DNA from: Eledone cirrhosa
Taxonomy: Eukaryota
Direction: 5' to 3'
Assembly (NCBI GenBank): GCA_964016885.1
Contig: OZ024751.1
Span: forward strand, 15,438,001 to 15,502,000
DNA: 64,000 nucleotides
The position numbers were made by a program, and so were the translations under genes. Under the pieces are notes generated by a model. The model saw nothing but the letters and a program-made list of their open reading frames with translations. It was not told the DNA's origin and did not search any database. Positions within the stretch are counted from its first letter, which is position 1. The number at the start of each line of letters is the position of its first letter. Below, piece after piece: positions 36,739-51,490 of this stretch.

Positions 36739-37129
36739 ATCATCATCATCATCATTTCATTTTACGTCCACTTTTCCCTGCTTGCAAGGGTGGGGCGGGA
36801 ACTGATGCTGGCTTGATTTCTACAGCTGGATGCCCTTCCTAACACCAACCTCATTTACAGTGAGTGCTGGGTGCTTTTTTGCCATGGCACCTCCACGACC
36901 ACTTTGCAGTGTGGGCTGGGTGCTTTTTTGCCGTGGCACCTCCACGACCACTTTGCAGTGGAATGATAGGGACCCCAGTCCCTATCATCTCATTTTTACA
37001 GCTGAGTAAACTGGAACAATGTGAAATAAAGTGTCTTGCTCAAGGAAACAACACATCACCCGGTCTGAGAATTGAACTCACAACCTTTCGATTGCAAGGC
37101 CAATGCTCTAACCACTAAGCCATGTGCCT
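36739..37129 (-). mobile_element. tRNA-derived SINE, full length
   Basis: Reverse complement of the 22993 family with two 48-bp modules. Confidence 0.9.
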
Positions 37130-37975
37130 ATATTCTTAGAAAACCTGTATATCTTCAGACAAGATATATTCTAAGACAGGATATATATATTCTACGGGTG
37201 TATATTCTAAGACGGGATCTTCAGACAAGATATATTCTAAGACAGGGTATATATATTCTACGGGTGTATATTCTAAGACAGGATCTTCAGACAAGATATA
37301 TTCTAAGACAGGATATATATATTCTACGAGTGTATATTCTAAGACAGGATATATATATTCTACGGGTGTATATTCTAAGACGGGATCTTCAGACAAGATA
37401 TATTCTAAGACAGGGTATATATATTCTACGGGTGTATATTCTAAGACAGGATATATATATTCTACGAGTGTATATTCTAAGACGGGATCTTCAGACAAGA
37501 TATATTCTAAGACAGGGTATATATATTCTATGGGTGTATATTCTAAGACAGGATATATATATTCTACGGGTGTATATTCTAAGACAGGATCTTCAGACAA
37601 GATATATTCTAAGACAGGATATATATATTCTATGGGTGTATATTCTAAGACAGAATCTTCAGACAAGATATATTCTAAGACAGGATATATATATTCTACG
37701 GGTGTATATTCTAAGACAGGATCTTCAGACAAGGTATATATTCTAAGACAGGGTGTATATTCTAATACAGGATATATATATTCTAAGACAGGGTGTATAT
37801 TCTAATACAGGATATATATATTCTAAGACAGGGTGTATATTATAATATAGGATATATATATTCTAAGACAGAGTGTATATTCTAAGACAGGATCTTCAGA
37901 CAGGGTATATATTCTAAGACAGGGTGTATATTCTAATACAGGATATATATATTCTAAGACAGGCTATATATTCTA
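37130..37975. repeat. Compound minisatellite built from tatattctaagacagg subunits
   Basis: Direct inspection. The repetitive ORFs here are by-products. Confidence 0.9.
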
Positions 37976-38531
37976 GCAATTACCCCAGTACATTACTGGT
38001 GCTTTATTTTATTGACCCCGTAAGGATGAAAGACAAAATTAATCTCAGCAGGATTTGAACTCAGAACATAAAAGGCTATAACTCTATGCTGCAAACATGG
38101 TGTCTGGTACTTTACCAATACTGCCAACCCACTGAGACAATGTTGTCCTCAGTAGGATTCGAACTCGAGGCATAAAAAAAAATGGGACGAATACCACAAA
38201 GTATTCAATCTGATGTTCTAAAGAATCCGAGTTCTTCATTTCTTGTTTTTTTATTTTTTATTTTTTTTAAAACGATCGACAAAACCCCACCTGACTTCAT
38301 TCACTTACCAAGTGGTGGAGTAGAATTCATCAAATCGAACCAATGAAACAATATTTCCATTGCTGATACTATCTACTGGTTACAACAACTCTTGGTAACA
38401 AATCAAAAAGTCTAAGATCCCGAGGTTCAAATTTGTCTATTTTAGCCCAAATTTCCATTCATTGCCCTGTGATAAATAAAGTAAATAAGATGTCAAATAA
38501 AGATTGATTTAACATTATTGTTAGAATGACA

Positions 38532-38712
38532 TGGATTGGTAGTATCGGTAGAGGGTCGGACACTATGCTTTGACGCATAGAGTTACGGCCCTTGCCATTC
38601 TGAGTTCAAATCGCGCCGAGGTTAACTTTGCCTTTCATCCTTACGGGGTCAATAAAATAAAGTACCAGTAATGTACTGGGTAATTGCTGGCGTTGTGCCA
38701 AAAGTAGAAACA
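38532..38712 (+). mobile_element. MetaSINE-like element with an 18-bp TSD (related copies at ~31470, ~35450, ~37980, ~47240, 57806-58010, ~58380 and ~61650)
   Basis: B box GAGTTCAAATC and core gcctttcatccttacggggtcaataaaataaagtacc. TSD attattgttagaatgaca at 38514-38531 and 38713-38730. Confidence 0.85.
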
Positions 38713-39125
38713 ATTATTGTTAGAATGACAAACCAACGAGGCCATTAACCTGTTGTAAGCCTATGAGAAAAGAAGAAACCTGTCAAAGACCAGTTATTTC
38801 TGCAACCTTGGAATAGAGTTTCAAATTATATAATAAAACAAAAACTTTAGCTTGGAAATGAAATGGGAAAAATAAACTGTTCGTTTGTAAGAGTTTTCAT
38901 GCCAACAAGTTATAATACTAACAAACAGTCTACTTGGTAAATTATTCTTCCAGTCTTTTTCTGCCTGACCCCTCTCACTTTCTATATATACATGCATATA
39001 TACATATATATATGCATGCTAGCGTGGAAGATAGACGTTAAACGATGATGATAATGGTGGTGATGATGATGATGATATATATATATACATACACACACAC
39101 ACACATATACACACGGACACATAGG

Positions 39126-39168
<43 letters not shown>

Positions 39169-39199
39169 GTATGTGTATGTATATATATATAAATATATA

Positions 39200-40135
39200 T
39201 ATAATTTCTTTATTCTTGTTTCTGTCTCTGCGCATACGTTTACATGTGTGTTTCCTGTTTGGTGTTCGTGTTTTAGTGTATGTGTTTTTGTTTTTGTATT
39301 CTATCTTTGTTCACTAGTATGTGTTTATATGTGTTTGTTGTTATTGTACTTGTGTAAATATTTATACATTTATTTATATTTCCCTTAGGTCAGTATTGTT
39401 TGTTTGGGAATGGTTGTTGTTGTTATTCCATTCGTTCTTTCTGTTTAACTTTGGTTTTTGTAGTTCCATCTCAGTTGCTTCTCTGATTTGCCTACCTTTT
39501 GAGTTATTTCTATGCTTAGATATTATTTTAATTTCTATGTTGTCTATATTACCGCCATGATTTTGTCTGGCGTGTTCATATGGTACTGAACTGTTTTTTT
39601 GCCCCTTTAGTTCCTCCCAGTGTTGGTCTATTCTTTCTCCTATCCTTCGAGCTGTCTCACCTATGTATGTCGTTGTCATGTTTCTGCAAGTACCCTCTGT
39701 ACATATTATGCTATAGATTACATTTCTAGTTTTACAATTTATCGGGGGGTTCATTCTACATGTAACACATTTCTTATTGATATAGTGGGGTTTCTTAAAG
39801 AGGTGTGTCTTGCTGATCAGGGATTTTATGGTAGTTCCTGGCTTTTCTACCACTTTAAATGGTAGATGAGTCTTTCTTAGGGCCTTTCTACATTGCTTAG
39901 CTAATTTCCCCCTGGAGTAGCATCCACGAACATGACACTCTGGGATCTCTGGTTGTCGTACCATGAAGTGGCTTTCCCTATCTTATGTTTAGTCCTCTCT
40001 AAGCTATTCCATGATTTGCTCCTGTATAATGGACAAATTCCTTTCATGTCCATTTCTATGAGGGTCTTATATTTCTCTGTGGCTCCTTTGTATACTCTGA
40101 TTATGTCTCTTTGGTTGTAGCCAGAGAAAAGCGCA
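39200..40135 (-). mobile_element. Penelope-like element 3' part with GIY-YIG endonuclease
   Basis: VDATPGGKLA, KVVEKPG and CKTRNVIYSIIC...YIGETARRIGERIDQH...RQIREA motifs. Confidence 0.85.
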
Positions 40136-40154
40136 TACACTCAAACACGAACAC

Positions 40155-40237
<83 letters not shown>

Positions 40238-40691
40238 TAACAGAATGGCCCGGCGTTGCTCGGGCTTCTAAACATAGATTGGCATGTTTATCCCTCCTTT
40301 CTGAAACAGTACAGAGAAATACGGAATACCTCGGCCTGGGGATGGTGTCTACATTTTGTGCTTAGCAAAAAATTCGTTGTAGATTACCAGGGGTTTAACT
40401 TAATTGGGTGCCTGAGAGTAGAATGTTCAACCCACGAAAGCCAAGACGGTAGGGTTAAGTAAAAAGGCATTCGACAAACCGAACATGTATTTGTTGTGCT
40501 ATATATATATATATATATGTGTATGTATATATGTATATGTGTATGTATATATATGTGTATGTATATATATATGTGTGTGTGCGTATATATATATATGTGT
40601 GTGTGTATGTAAATATATATATATGTGTATGTGTATATGTATATATATATATGTGTGTATGTATATATATATGTGTATATGTGGATGTATA

Positions 40692-40740
<49 letters not shown>

Positions 40741-40741
40741 T

Positions 40742-40791
<50 letters not shown>

Positions 40792-40794
<3 letters not shown>

Positions 40795-41672
40795 GTGCGG
40801 ACGACATCTGTTCGCAATTTTCAACTGCTACTTTTATGCCAATTTTTTTTACTTCCGTTGTCACTCTTGTCTTCATAAAAACAGTGACTATATTTCCATT
40901 ATTTATTTTCAGAATAATTGATTATGAATAATTTTGAATCTCCAAATTTGTGGAAGGGACACTGAGTTCTTCTTGGAATCCGCGCCGGGAGGACAAATAA
41001 GGAAATTTCATACTTTCTCAATGTCAGCAGGAGAATGGTGTCTCATCCAAAGACGTGCCCAGACAAAGTTTCCAGCGACAACATTGGTCTTAGGTGTCGT
41101 CAGCAGTCAAAGTGACGTCATGCCACCTCACTTCTTCCCCGAGGGCCTCAAGCTGAACACCAATGGCTACATCCGCGTTCTGAGTGAGGTAGTAAAGCCC
41201 TGGATCAACCAGGTAGCTGCAGGTAGGCCGTACATGTGGCAGCAAGACTCAGCGCCCTGCCATACCAGCCGAAAGACCCCAGTCTGGCTGTCAGAGAACT
41301 TCGTCGACCACACTTCACCTGACATCTGGCCTCCCAGCTCGCCTGACCGCAACCCCCTCGACTTCTTTGTGTGGGGCACAGTGGAATGAGACACCAACAG
41401 ATCTAGCTGCAATACAAAAGACGATCTGAAGGCCAGGATCACAAGTGCCTTTAGGGGCCTAAGTCGAGGGACAGTGACGAAGGCCTGTAGCCGGTTCCGA
41501 GGCCACCTTGAGGCCGTCATCAAAGCCAATGGCGGGTTTATCGAGTGAGATCAAAAGAACAAGTCATGAAGACAAACTGACCCAAGTTTGATAAATATAT
41601 CTTAAAAAATAAAACTACTGTGTTATTTTTTCCTAGACAGTAATCTTGCGAACAAATATCATCCACACCCAG
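40792..41672 (+). mobile_element. maT-type (DD37D) Tc1/mariner transposon, internally deleted
   Basis: Imperfect ~27-bp TIRs. QQDSAPCH...WPPSSPDRNPLD has 37 residues between the second and third Asp. Confidence 0.85.
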
Positions 41673-41714
41673 TATATGTGTATGTATATATGTATATATA
41701 TATATGTGTATGTA

Positions 41715-41805
<91 letters not shown>

Positions 41806-41836
41806 ATATATGTATATATATATATATATGTATGTA

Positions 41837-41879
<43 letters not shown>

Positions 41880-42478
41880 ATGTGTATATGTGTATGTATA
41901 TATGTATATGTGTATATATATATGTATATATATATGTGTATGTATATATATATGTATATGTGTATGTATATATGTATATATATATATGTAAATATCTTTA
42001 AGTCGTTTGGAAGCCTCAACAATGCAAATGGGTAAATCTCCGGGTAACAAGGTCCGGTGGTGGAGAGAGAGATGTAAGTGGGTGTACGTTGAGATGCGTG
42101 GTGTGTATAAGATGTGTGTGATGTGTAGAATGAAGGGAAGAGTATAAAGGATAAAATAAAAATAACAACACAAGAGAGAGTTACCTTGGGAGAGATTTAA
42201 TAGTCCCTATATATTTCGGATTCACATCCATCAACTGGGGTTTTTTTCCGGGTTGGGGGAAAAGGTTGTCTGTCGGACAAGTGCGGAACGCGTCCTTCGC
42301 TGTTTGTTGTTTTGAATATATATGTATATGTGTATGTATATATGTATATAAATATATGTATATATGTATGTATATATAAATATATGTATATGTGTATGTA
42401 TATATATGTATGTATGTATATATGTATATATATATATGTATGTATATATGTATATATGTATATGTATATGTGTATGTA

Positions 42479-42549
<71 letters not shown>

Positions 42550-42650
42550 ATGTATATATGTATGTATATATATGTATATGTGTATGTATATATGTGTATA
42601 TATATATATATGTATATATATATATGTATATGTGTATGTATATATATGTG

Positions 42651-42681
<31 letters not shown>

Positions 42682-42699
42682 GCATATGTGTATGTATAT

Positions 42700-44470
42700 A
42701 ACATTATCTACCCTCTGATAACAATATCTACCCTCAAACTTCTATACATATCCAATATAACAAGTGGAAACCTTTTAGAAACCATAAAAGAAATGTAACA
42801 TGATATAACACTCCATTCAACTTGCAAACTATGGGCCTAATCCCTAAAAGATATTTTACAATTCTTCATAAACATTTCCCACCTAACCACAAATACCATC
42901 AAATCTTAAACAGGAACACAGTAAAATTTTCTTACTCCACATCGAGCAATATACAACGAAATATAAGTGCATATAACATCTATAAATGTAAAAAAGCTCC
43001 ATCTATACCACACACAATAGCACGCCGCACACAAGATAATTATGGTAATACTACAACGCATAACCTTAATATTACTGCATACCAACCTGCTAGATCCACT
43101 CACTCACCTCACCAGCACAATATAGTAGACTACAACCAACTACCATCTTCCTCATCCTTAATAGAGACTAAGATTTACATACCTAATCTAACTAATAGCG
43201 CCTAAAGCAACCATGTCTCCATAAACGCTATATCAAGTATAATTTCACCTACTAGCAACAATTCGGATTATAACCACCCTACCGTAAACCCTTCTCTCCC
43301 AAATAAAAAGGTAAACACAAATACTAGCACTATTATTGAGAATATGGATAGCACATCTGAAACCCTATATGCAAACGGTTGTAATTGTAGAATAAAAGAA
43401 AATTGCCCCTTAAATGGAAATTGCTTAATTAATAATATAGTATATAAATGTGTAATCACCACTAAAGACTATATAGGATCCACTTCTAATCCATTTAAAT
43501 CGAGATTTTATGCACACACCCACAGTTTCCGAAACACAAAATTAGCAAATACCATTTCTTTGGCAGAAGCAGTTAATAATTGTAAATAGAAGAATATTAA
43601 ATATAACCTAACTTGGAAGATTCTTAAGAGGACTATTTCTTATCAGGGCAATAGAAGGGAGTGCGGACTATGTTCCCAAGAATTTTTTGAAATTACTAAA
43701 TCGAAGGACACTCTATTAAATAAAAGACAAGAATTAATTTTAGTATGTAACCATAAAATTAGGACATTCAAATATTATATAGAAAAAAATATAGGTGAAT
43801 AAATGTGTGAGTATAGGTGTGTGTGTGAATATGTACATCTGTGTGTGTCTATGTATGTATATGCATAAATGTATGCCTATGTATAAACATGAGTAACTAT
43901 ACATGTGTATATATATATTTTTTTATATCATATATTTTTAGAACAAATTATTCCTCACAACAAAGAAATAGCTAACTTTTTAAGATTGTTCTATTCTATT
44001 CTACTTGATGTAACACACTAATCTCAGCATCCCATCTCCTCCAACCGTAATCTTCTTTGACTATCAATACTTTTATATACAATATGCCTAAACTCATTTA
44101 CACTAACAACTCTCATTTCTTTTCTTAAAAGACATTTGATACCTTATCCACTGATGGCCTATTTATTCATCTCCTACCACCAAACTTAAGGATTTATACA
44201 GCCCTTTTCCATTCTTAACAATGGTCAATTTAAACCTGGTTATAAAACCTTACTTATTCATATGTATGTTTGTTTTTGTATTCTTCAATAAACAAAACTC
44301 ATTATTTCTGAAGACGGCGGGTAGTGAAGACGTATGTATTCTTTTCTCACTATGATATTTTGTAATATGTTTTACATAGATCAATAATTATATTGAACAT
44401 GCAGAGGACTACCCCCCCCCCAGAAACGACCTTAAAATAATGTGTTTTACTATGAATTAACAGTTTTGTG
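42700..44470 (+). mobile_element. Penelope-like Naiad-type 3' fragment (GIY-YIG plus 3' region)
   Basis: HFPPNHKYHQILNRNTVKFSYS and CNCRIKENCPLNGNCL..NIVYKC...YIG...FKSRF motifs. Confidence 0.85.
44300..44442 (+). ncRNA. Hammerhead ribozyme-like motif with an extended stem II loop
   Basis: cattattt-CTGAAGA-cggcgggtagt...actacccccc-GAAAC...aaataatg. Stem III is imperfect. Confidence 0.5.
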
Positions 44471-44491
44471 TTTAATTTCATTGTTTTAATA

Positions 44492-44534
<43 letters not shown>

Positions 44535-44620
44535 GTATATGTGGATGTATATATGTATATATGTGCGTATGTATATATATATGTATATATGTGCGTATGT
44601 ATACATATATGGTGCTACTG

Positions 44621-45205
44621 GTAACATGTATCCCAGTACAACCTGTCTCATGGTCGGGTCGTTGGCGACTAAACTGGCAACCCTACCAAGGTTTCTTGGT
44701 GAGGAGGGTGACTTTGGACATCCTGCAGGACTAAAAACAAAACCTGTCAAAGGGCAAGGGAGCTCTTAAGACTCAATAGCCATCCAAAATCACCGGGAGA
44801 GATGACCCCTTAGCCTTTGTCAAGGCAGAATTCTAGGAGAAGGAAAACTCTGATATAACACCTGCAACCCTGATGGTATCCAATGATGTTGACTTGTTCT
44901 TCTTTTTGGTAAATATCATCTTGGTTAAGAGAGTGGGACTGGCTTTGTGCAGTGCCTTTGCTCACTATAAAAGCTTCACAGCACAGGCATTGCTTTATAT
45001 CTGGAGATCTCTCTGCACTTGTCATCACATGGTACCATGGGCCCTGCACTATGTGTCAATAATGGTCACAAGTGTAGTCTTTGTACCAGAGTTTTCAAGT
45101 CGCTGGGTGGACTAAAAATTCACACTCGTTCAGCGCATCGGTAGGGGTTCTCCTACATGGATATAAAGTAGTGGCCGTACTCGAAAACGAGTTGGCAGCC
45201 ACCAT
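44621..45205 (+). mobile_element. Non-autonomous RTE-derived repeat (copies at 56321-56905 + and 63855-64000 -)
   Basis: Near-identical copies. The 3' end ggccgtactcgaaaacgagttggcagccacc resembles the RTE 3' end at 55840-55873. Confidence 0.8.
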
Positions 45206-45290
45206 GTATATATGTGCCTATGTATATATTTATGTGTGTGTATGTATATATATCTATATGTGTATATATATATGTGTGTATATCTATATG

Positions 45291-46003
45291 TGTATAACGG
45301 CGGCGAAGATTCGAAACCGAATCTGAGCTTTCCCGCCTCTGGGACAAGCCGTGGTAACTTGTTTACGCTCAAGAGACTAACCACTTGGGAGAGGCTAAAC
45401 ACAGGTCAGAGGTGTTTACGCCTGACAGAAAATAGGTCAGAGGATATATCCATCTTTCTGACTTGTTTACGCTTGGCAAACTAATCCCTTGGGAGACTAA
45501 GCAAAGTTCAGAGGATATATCTATCCTTCTAACTTCAACTCTTATAAAGACAGGGATTCTTTACGCCAAAAATAGAAAAGAAGTGGATACAGACAAGACA
45601 AGACGTTTTTACAGGCTCTCGTCACGAAAAACCAGTCTGCCATTTATTCTCACCTTCCTGGCTGATCGTTGACTCCTGCAATACAAATAAGTAAATATAC
45701 TGATACGCCGCACACACGCATTCATAGTGAGTCCAGCATTTGTACACGCACCATTCATTTCTGTTTACACATATTATAATCGTATTCTGTGATATTTGAA
45801 TTTACGTGGCTCGAAGAGCCACCAAATTATTGTATGAATATTTTATGTCAATTATTTTATCATTCAATATTCAAATTGAATATTGTTGTAATAAAATAAA
45901 CTTTGTAACAACACTCCTGGTATTTTTCTTTACACCGAAACCACCATACCAACAGTTACATCCATCCACTTGTCGTTACAACCACACATAATATTCCGTT
46001 ACA
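45291..46003 (+). mobile_element. Probable solo LTR
   Basis: TGTATAACGG...CCGTTACA termini, TATAAAG near 45544 and AATAAA near 45889. It sits inside a microsatellite. Confidence 0.6.
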
Positions 46004-46233
46004 TGTGTATGTATATATATGTGTGAATGTATATATATAGATGTGTGTATGTTTATATATATATGTGCGTATATATATATACGTGTGTGTATGTATATAT
46101 ATGTGTGTGTGTATGTATGTATATATATATATGTGTGTGTGTATATATATATATGTGTGTGTGTGTGTATATATATATGTGTGTGTGTGTATGTATGTAT
46201 ATCTTTATATATATATATATGTGTGTGTATGTG

Positions 46234-46304
<71 letters not shown>

Positions 46305-46575
46305 ATATGTGTATATATATGTGTGTGTGTATATATATATAATGACGTTTTTGTATACGATTCTTGAAAATAACATTAAAGAATTATACAGACCAATTTA
46401 ACTATTCATATTACATGGTTATTCTCGTCTAAGAACTCTTCAATAGTCTCCATTGAAGTCATTCTTTCAGCATTAGACATTTCTAAAAGACGGTAATTTC
46501 TGTAACAAAATCAATGAAAGACAGAGAAAAGAAAATCACATAAAAAATAAATTAACAACAAAAGAGCGACATAAT

Positions 46576-47240
46576 TTTTTTTTTTTGTTGTTGTTGCTAT
46601 TGTTGCTACTTTTATTGTTGTTGTTGCTGTTGCTATTGTTGCTACTTTTATTGTTGTCGTTGCTATTGTTGCTACTTTTATTGTTGTTGTTGCTACTTTT
46701 ATTGTTGTTGCTATTGTTGTTGTTGTTGCTATTGTTGCTGTTATTGTTGTTGTTGCTATTGTTGCTGTTATTGTTGTTGTTGTTGCTATTATTGTTACTA
46801 TTGTAATTCTTCATTAGTCGTATTTATGGTGAGAAGCTGCTAAATAACAATAGCAACAGCGTCAACAACAACAACACCAATTGCAACAATAACAGCAACA
46901 ACAGCAACAATAACAACAACAACAACCGCAACAATAACAACAACAAGAACACCACCAATTGTAACAATAATAACAACAACACCAATAGCAACAATGACAA
47001 CAAAAAACAACAATAGCGATGGCGACGTCAACAACAACAGCAACAGCAATTGTAATAATAATAATAACAATAGTAACGAAAACAACAAGAACAAGAACAG
47101 CAACAACAATAGCGACATCAATAACAACATCGGCGGCAAGAACAATCACAGCAACAAGAACAATAACAATAACAATAACTTCAACAATAGCAACACACAC
47201 AACACCAATAGCGACGACAATAACAATAGCAACAACAGCA
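46576..47240. repeat. (TTG)n then (AAC)n degenerate trinucleotide tracts
   Basis: Direct inspection. Confidence 0.9.
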
Positions 47241-47329
47241 AGGATGAAAGGCAAAGTTAACGTTGGCGGGATTTGAACTCAGACCGTATAAAGCCGGAAC
47301 AAATACTGCCAAACATTTACCGGACTGTG

Positions 47330-47710
47330 GAGGTGCGTGACCTAGTGGTAAGGGTGTTGGACTTACGGACTTAATGTCATGGGTTCGATTCCTAGACTTG
47401 GGTTGTGTGCGGTGTTCTTGAGCAAAACACTTCGTTTTCACGTTGCTCCAGTATACTCAGCTGAAAATGAGTACCAGTGATAGCTGGGGGTTTAACTCTG
47501 AAAACGACTGGTGTCCTGTCCAGGGAGTATGGGTTTTGTATTCTCAGTTGCTTCACGTCACACTGAAACTGGGATAAGTACTGCCTGATGAGCCTCCATG
47601 CTCGAGACAGACTTTAACTCTACGATGGACTAGCGACCTGTCCAGGATGGCGGGTCTTGTACTTTTCACGCTACGGAAATCGGAATAAGCACCGGCCTGA
47701 TGAATGTCAA
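47330..47710 (+). mobile_element. tRNA-derived SINE with a V-SINE-like core (duplicated)
   Basis: A and B boxes (gacctagtggtaag, ggttcgattcc), gatggactagcgacctgtccagg, and gaaa..ggaataagcaccggcctgatga. Confidence 0.6.
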
Positions 47711-48278
47711 TCCAGGTCGCAGTAGAGGTCCAGGGAGACATAAAAGGACTTGGATGGAGGATGTTCATCGAGATCAAGCTAGGCTTGGTCTGGCCCAAGT
47801 AAGACCGGCGGATAGAAACACAAGAAGCGGGATGCTAAGGAGCACTGTCAGGTAGGACTCACTCCTACTTAGGGATTGTGTCCTGCATAATCAAAAACTG
47901 GATGATGATGACGATGATGATGATGATGATAACAAAGCCAGAGTAAATTTATTGAAAGATGGGTGAGAGCAGTGAACATGGCTCGACTGAATGCATCTAT
48001 ATTTAACAGGCACATGTAGTCCGAAAATGATTAGAGAGAATTTAGGATCTTCAGGGGTCACTAGATTGAACCCTTTGATTGGTAAAGTGACAGAGTCGTT
48101 AGAATGTCAGATAAAAAATATTTCATACATTAAAAGTTCTTAAAGCCATGTGTATGTGGGGAGAGGGTTGGGGGAAACTGCAGTTATTAATAAGAAGGGT
48201 TGAAATTAATGCATGTAAGATTTCCCAGCTTCAGCATCACTCCTTCATATTTGGCCTATGAACTTTTTCACCCGCCCC

Positions 48279-48337
<59 letters not shown>

Positions 48338-48428
48338 TTAATATAGAAATGGCTTCTACAGGACTAGGACTTTTTTCCTTCGTATGAAATTATTTACTGC
48401 GGTTACCTCTGTTTTAAGTCTGGATCTA

Positions 48429-48512
<84 letters not shown>

Positions 48513-49731
48513 CCGTGAGCCAATGGTGTACCATTCACATTTCTTGAGCAGAAAGGACAAGGGGTTTAATGACAAGATAAATAGTAGTAGCACAGAGAGA
48601 CTGGTTTTTTGAAATATACCCCTGTGATATTCTATTTTATCAGTGAAGATAGGGTCTTCCTTCTCTGTTTTTAACTTTAGCACATTAGCCCAAGAAGAAG
48701 ATAGCTTCTCTATGGCTCTGATAGTAAGTAAGTCAGTATGTTTATGTGTGTGTATGTATGTATGTTCTTCTGGTTTTATAATTTCACAAATGTTTACCAA
48801 AAGAGAGAGAGTCGGTTTCTAACATAGACACAAGACTCTCTCATTGGAATTTACACATCAACTAGGTAGATTATGTATGCATGTCTGCATGTGTAGATAT
48901 GGATTTTATTGTATGTGTGGATGTGTATGTTTTGAGTTGTATGTGTACATGTGTATATGCAGTTAATAGATGCAAAATTTTTGGAATGTTTTACATATTT
49001 TTACTGTTTACTGGATTGTACTTGTAATTTCCTAACTAGTGTTCTTTCTGTTTCTGTGAAGCCTATATTCTCAAGATTTGTATTGAGGCAGTTACTAACA
49101 TACCCCAGTGCCCCAATAATTACAGGCATAAATCTGAAGGTCTGATCAGGGTGGAGTATCTGCAGATTTCTCATCAGTTCTGCATAAATATTCTCCTTTT
49201 CGCTAATATTTGATATTATATTGGCATCTGCTGGGCAGCTAACTTCCGCTACTGTGCATGCTTTCTTTTCCCTGTCCCATATCATTATATCTGGTCTGTA
49301 ATGCCTGCATTTTATTGGGGTTTTTACTGGAACATTCCACCAGTACTCTTTCATATTATGTATATGGATGTCTTCCACATTGCTGTAGCTTTTAATGTGT
49401 TTATTATCGGGGCTATCTTTTCTACGGATTGCATTGTACAGTGTTTTGGCCATAACATCATGCCTCATAGGTAGATAGTACCGCGATGACATCTTTGGGC
49501 AGCTGCCGATGACATGGGTGACATCTTCGATGTTAATTCTGCAGAATCTGCACTTGTTATCACATCTAGGTGTTTTGCCTGCATCCCTATCTCTTTTGTG
49601 AATCAAGTATTTCGTGTTAATTTCCTGTTCTTGGATTGCAAAAGCGTATCCTTCAAAGTGGGAGCCAATATAGCGGTTGTTGGTCCAAGATAGACTTCTT
49701 TCTTATCTATATTACTCTCACTCTGGAGCTT

Positions 49732-50123
49732 CATCATCATCATCATTTCATTTTACGTCCGCTTTTTCCCTGCTTGCAAGGGTGGGATGGGAACTGGTTC
49801 TGGCTTGATTTCTACAGCTGGATGCCCTTCCTAACACCAACCTCATTTACAGTGAGCGCTGGGTGCTTTTTTGCCATGGCACCTCCACAATCACTTTACA
49901 GTGTGGGCTGGGTGCTTTTTTGCCGTGGCACCTCCACGACCACTTTGCAGTGGAATGATATGGACCCCAGTCCCTATCATCTCATTTCTACAGCTGAGTA
50001 AACTGGAGCAATGTGAAATAAAGTGTCTTGCTCAAGGAAACAACACATCACCCAGTCTGAGAATTGAACTCACAACCTTTCGATTGCAAGGCCAATGCTC
50101 TAACTACTAAGCCATGTGCCTCC
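49732..50123 (-). mobile_element. tRNA-derived SINE inside the Dong element
   Basis: Matches the 22993 family. Confidence 0.9.
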
Positions 50124-51147
50124 TGGCAACATATCCATGCATGATTTTTTGCTGATAAGCATGCAGTTTTTCATCCATGGATTCACTGCGATACTGCTGA
50201 GCGACTTCCCTGGGTGTGAGTTTTTGATTATCACACAGGGAATATCCCTCGAGGAGTTCCTTCCCAACTCTCATGATCTTATCTGTTTCATGCAGATAGA
50301 CTTGCTCGAGCGACAGGATCCTACACTTCAAGGTTTGTAGATGTTGTCGGAGGGATATGATGCGACATTCAAATGCTGTCTGGACTGATGTTAGACCTCT
50401 GCCTCCCTGCTTACGTTTCAAGTAAAGGCGGTCTATGTCACTGTTGATGTGGAAGTTTCCAGTGTCGTTTAGTATTTTTTGAGTTCTAACATCAACTGCT
50501 CGGATTTCGCCTATCGTCCAATTGAGTATTCCAAATGTTGGTGTTAGGACAGGCACAGCAAACACAATGTGAGCCACTGTTTTGTTTTGCGCAGAGAGTT
50601 CCGATGACCAAATCTTTCTTAATCCGGTGTAGTATTGCCTGGTTACGCGTTCCTTATTACAGATACCATTATAGGATATGTTCTCATCTATCCCCAGGTA
50701 TCTGTAGCAGTCCTCATCAGATATCGGTGAAACACTTAGGCCATTGATGACAATGTTGCTAGATTGGGTTGTTGTTTTTCCCCGCTTTACAGTCATATAT
50801 GAGCATTTATCTTGGCCAAACTCCATTCCTATATCCTTTGAGAACGTTATAACCAGGTCAAGATTTTTCTTCATCCCATCCATGTTCTTGGCATAGAGTT
50901 TCAGATCATCCACAAAGAAATTATGGGTTAGGTTCGTATTTCTGTCCTCCTGTGAGCCAATGATGTATCCTTCACATTTCTTGAGCAGAAAGGACAAGGG
51001 GTTTAATGACAGGATGAATAATATCACAGAGAGACTGTCTCCCTGAAATATACCCCTGCGATATTTTATTTTATCAGTGAAAATAGAGTCCCCCCTCTCT
51101 GTTTTTAACCGTAGGATAGTAGCCCAAGAAGAAGACAGCTTCTCTAT

Positions 51148-51490
51148 CATTTCATTTCATTTTCATTTCACTTTACGTTCGCTTTTCCCTGCTTGCAAAG
51201 GTGGGACGGGAACTGATTCTGGCTTGATTTCTACAGCTGGATGCCCTTCCTAACACCAACCTCATTTACAGTGAGTGCTGGGTGCTTTTTTGCCGTGGCG
51301 CCTACACGTCCACTTTGCAGTGGAATGATAGGGAACCCAGTCCCTATCATCTCATTTCTACAGCTGAGTAAACTGGAGCAATGTGAAATAAAGTGTCTTG
51401 CTCAAGGAAACAACACATCACCCTGTCTGAGAATTGAACTCACAACCTTTCGATTGCAAGGCCAATGCTCTAACCACTAAGCCGTGTGCC
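51148..51490 (-). mobile_element. tRNA-derived SINE inside the Dong element, TSD tctctat
   Basis: tctctat at 51141-51147 and 51491-51497. Confidence 0.9.

Noticed and set aside
37072-37805. 224-aa and 198-aa repetitive ORFs
   Set aside because: They are open frames through a minisatellite starting in a SINE, with no protein features.
40235-40500. Helitron/Helentron-like end (ggcccggcgttgctcggg)
   Set aside because: The motif is suggestive, but no matching second end could be supported.
40455-46401. Many YI/HT/CV-rich ORFs
   Set aside because: These are translations of (TA)n/(CA)n/(TATG)n microsatellites.
46536-47276. Poly-Asn/Leu/Cys ORFs and an apparent large inverted repeat
   Set aside because: These are low-complexity trinucleotide tracts.
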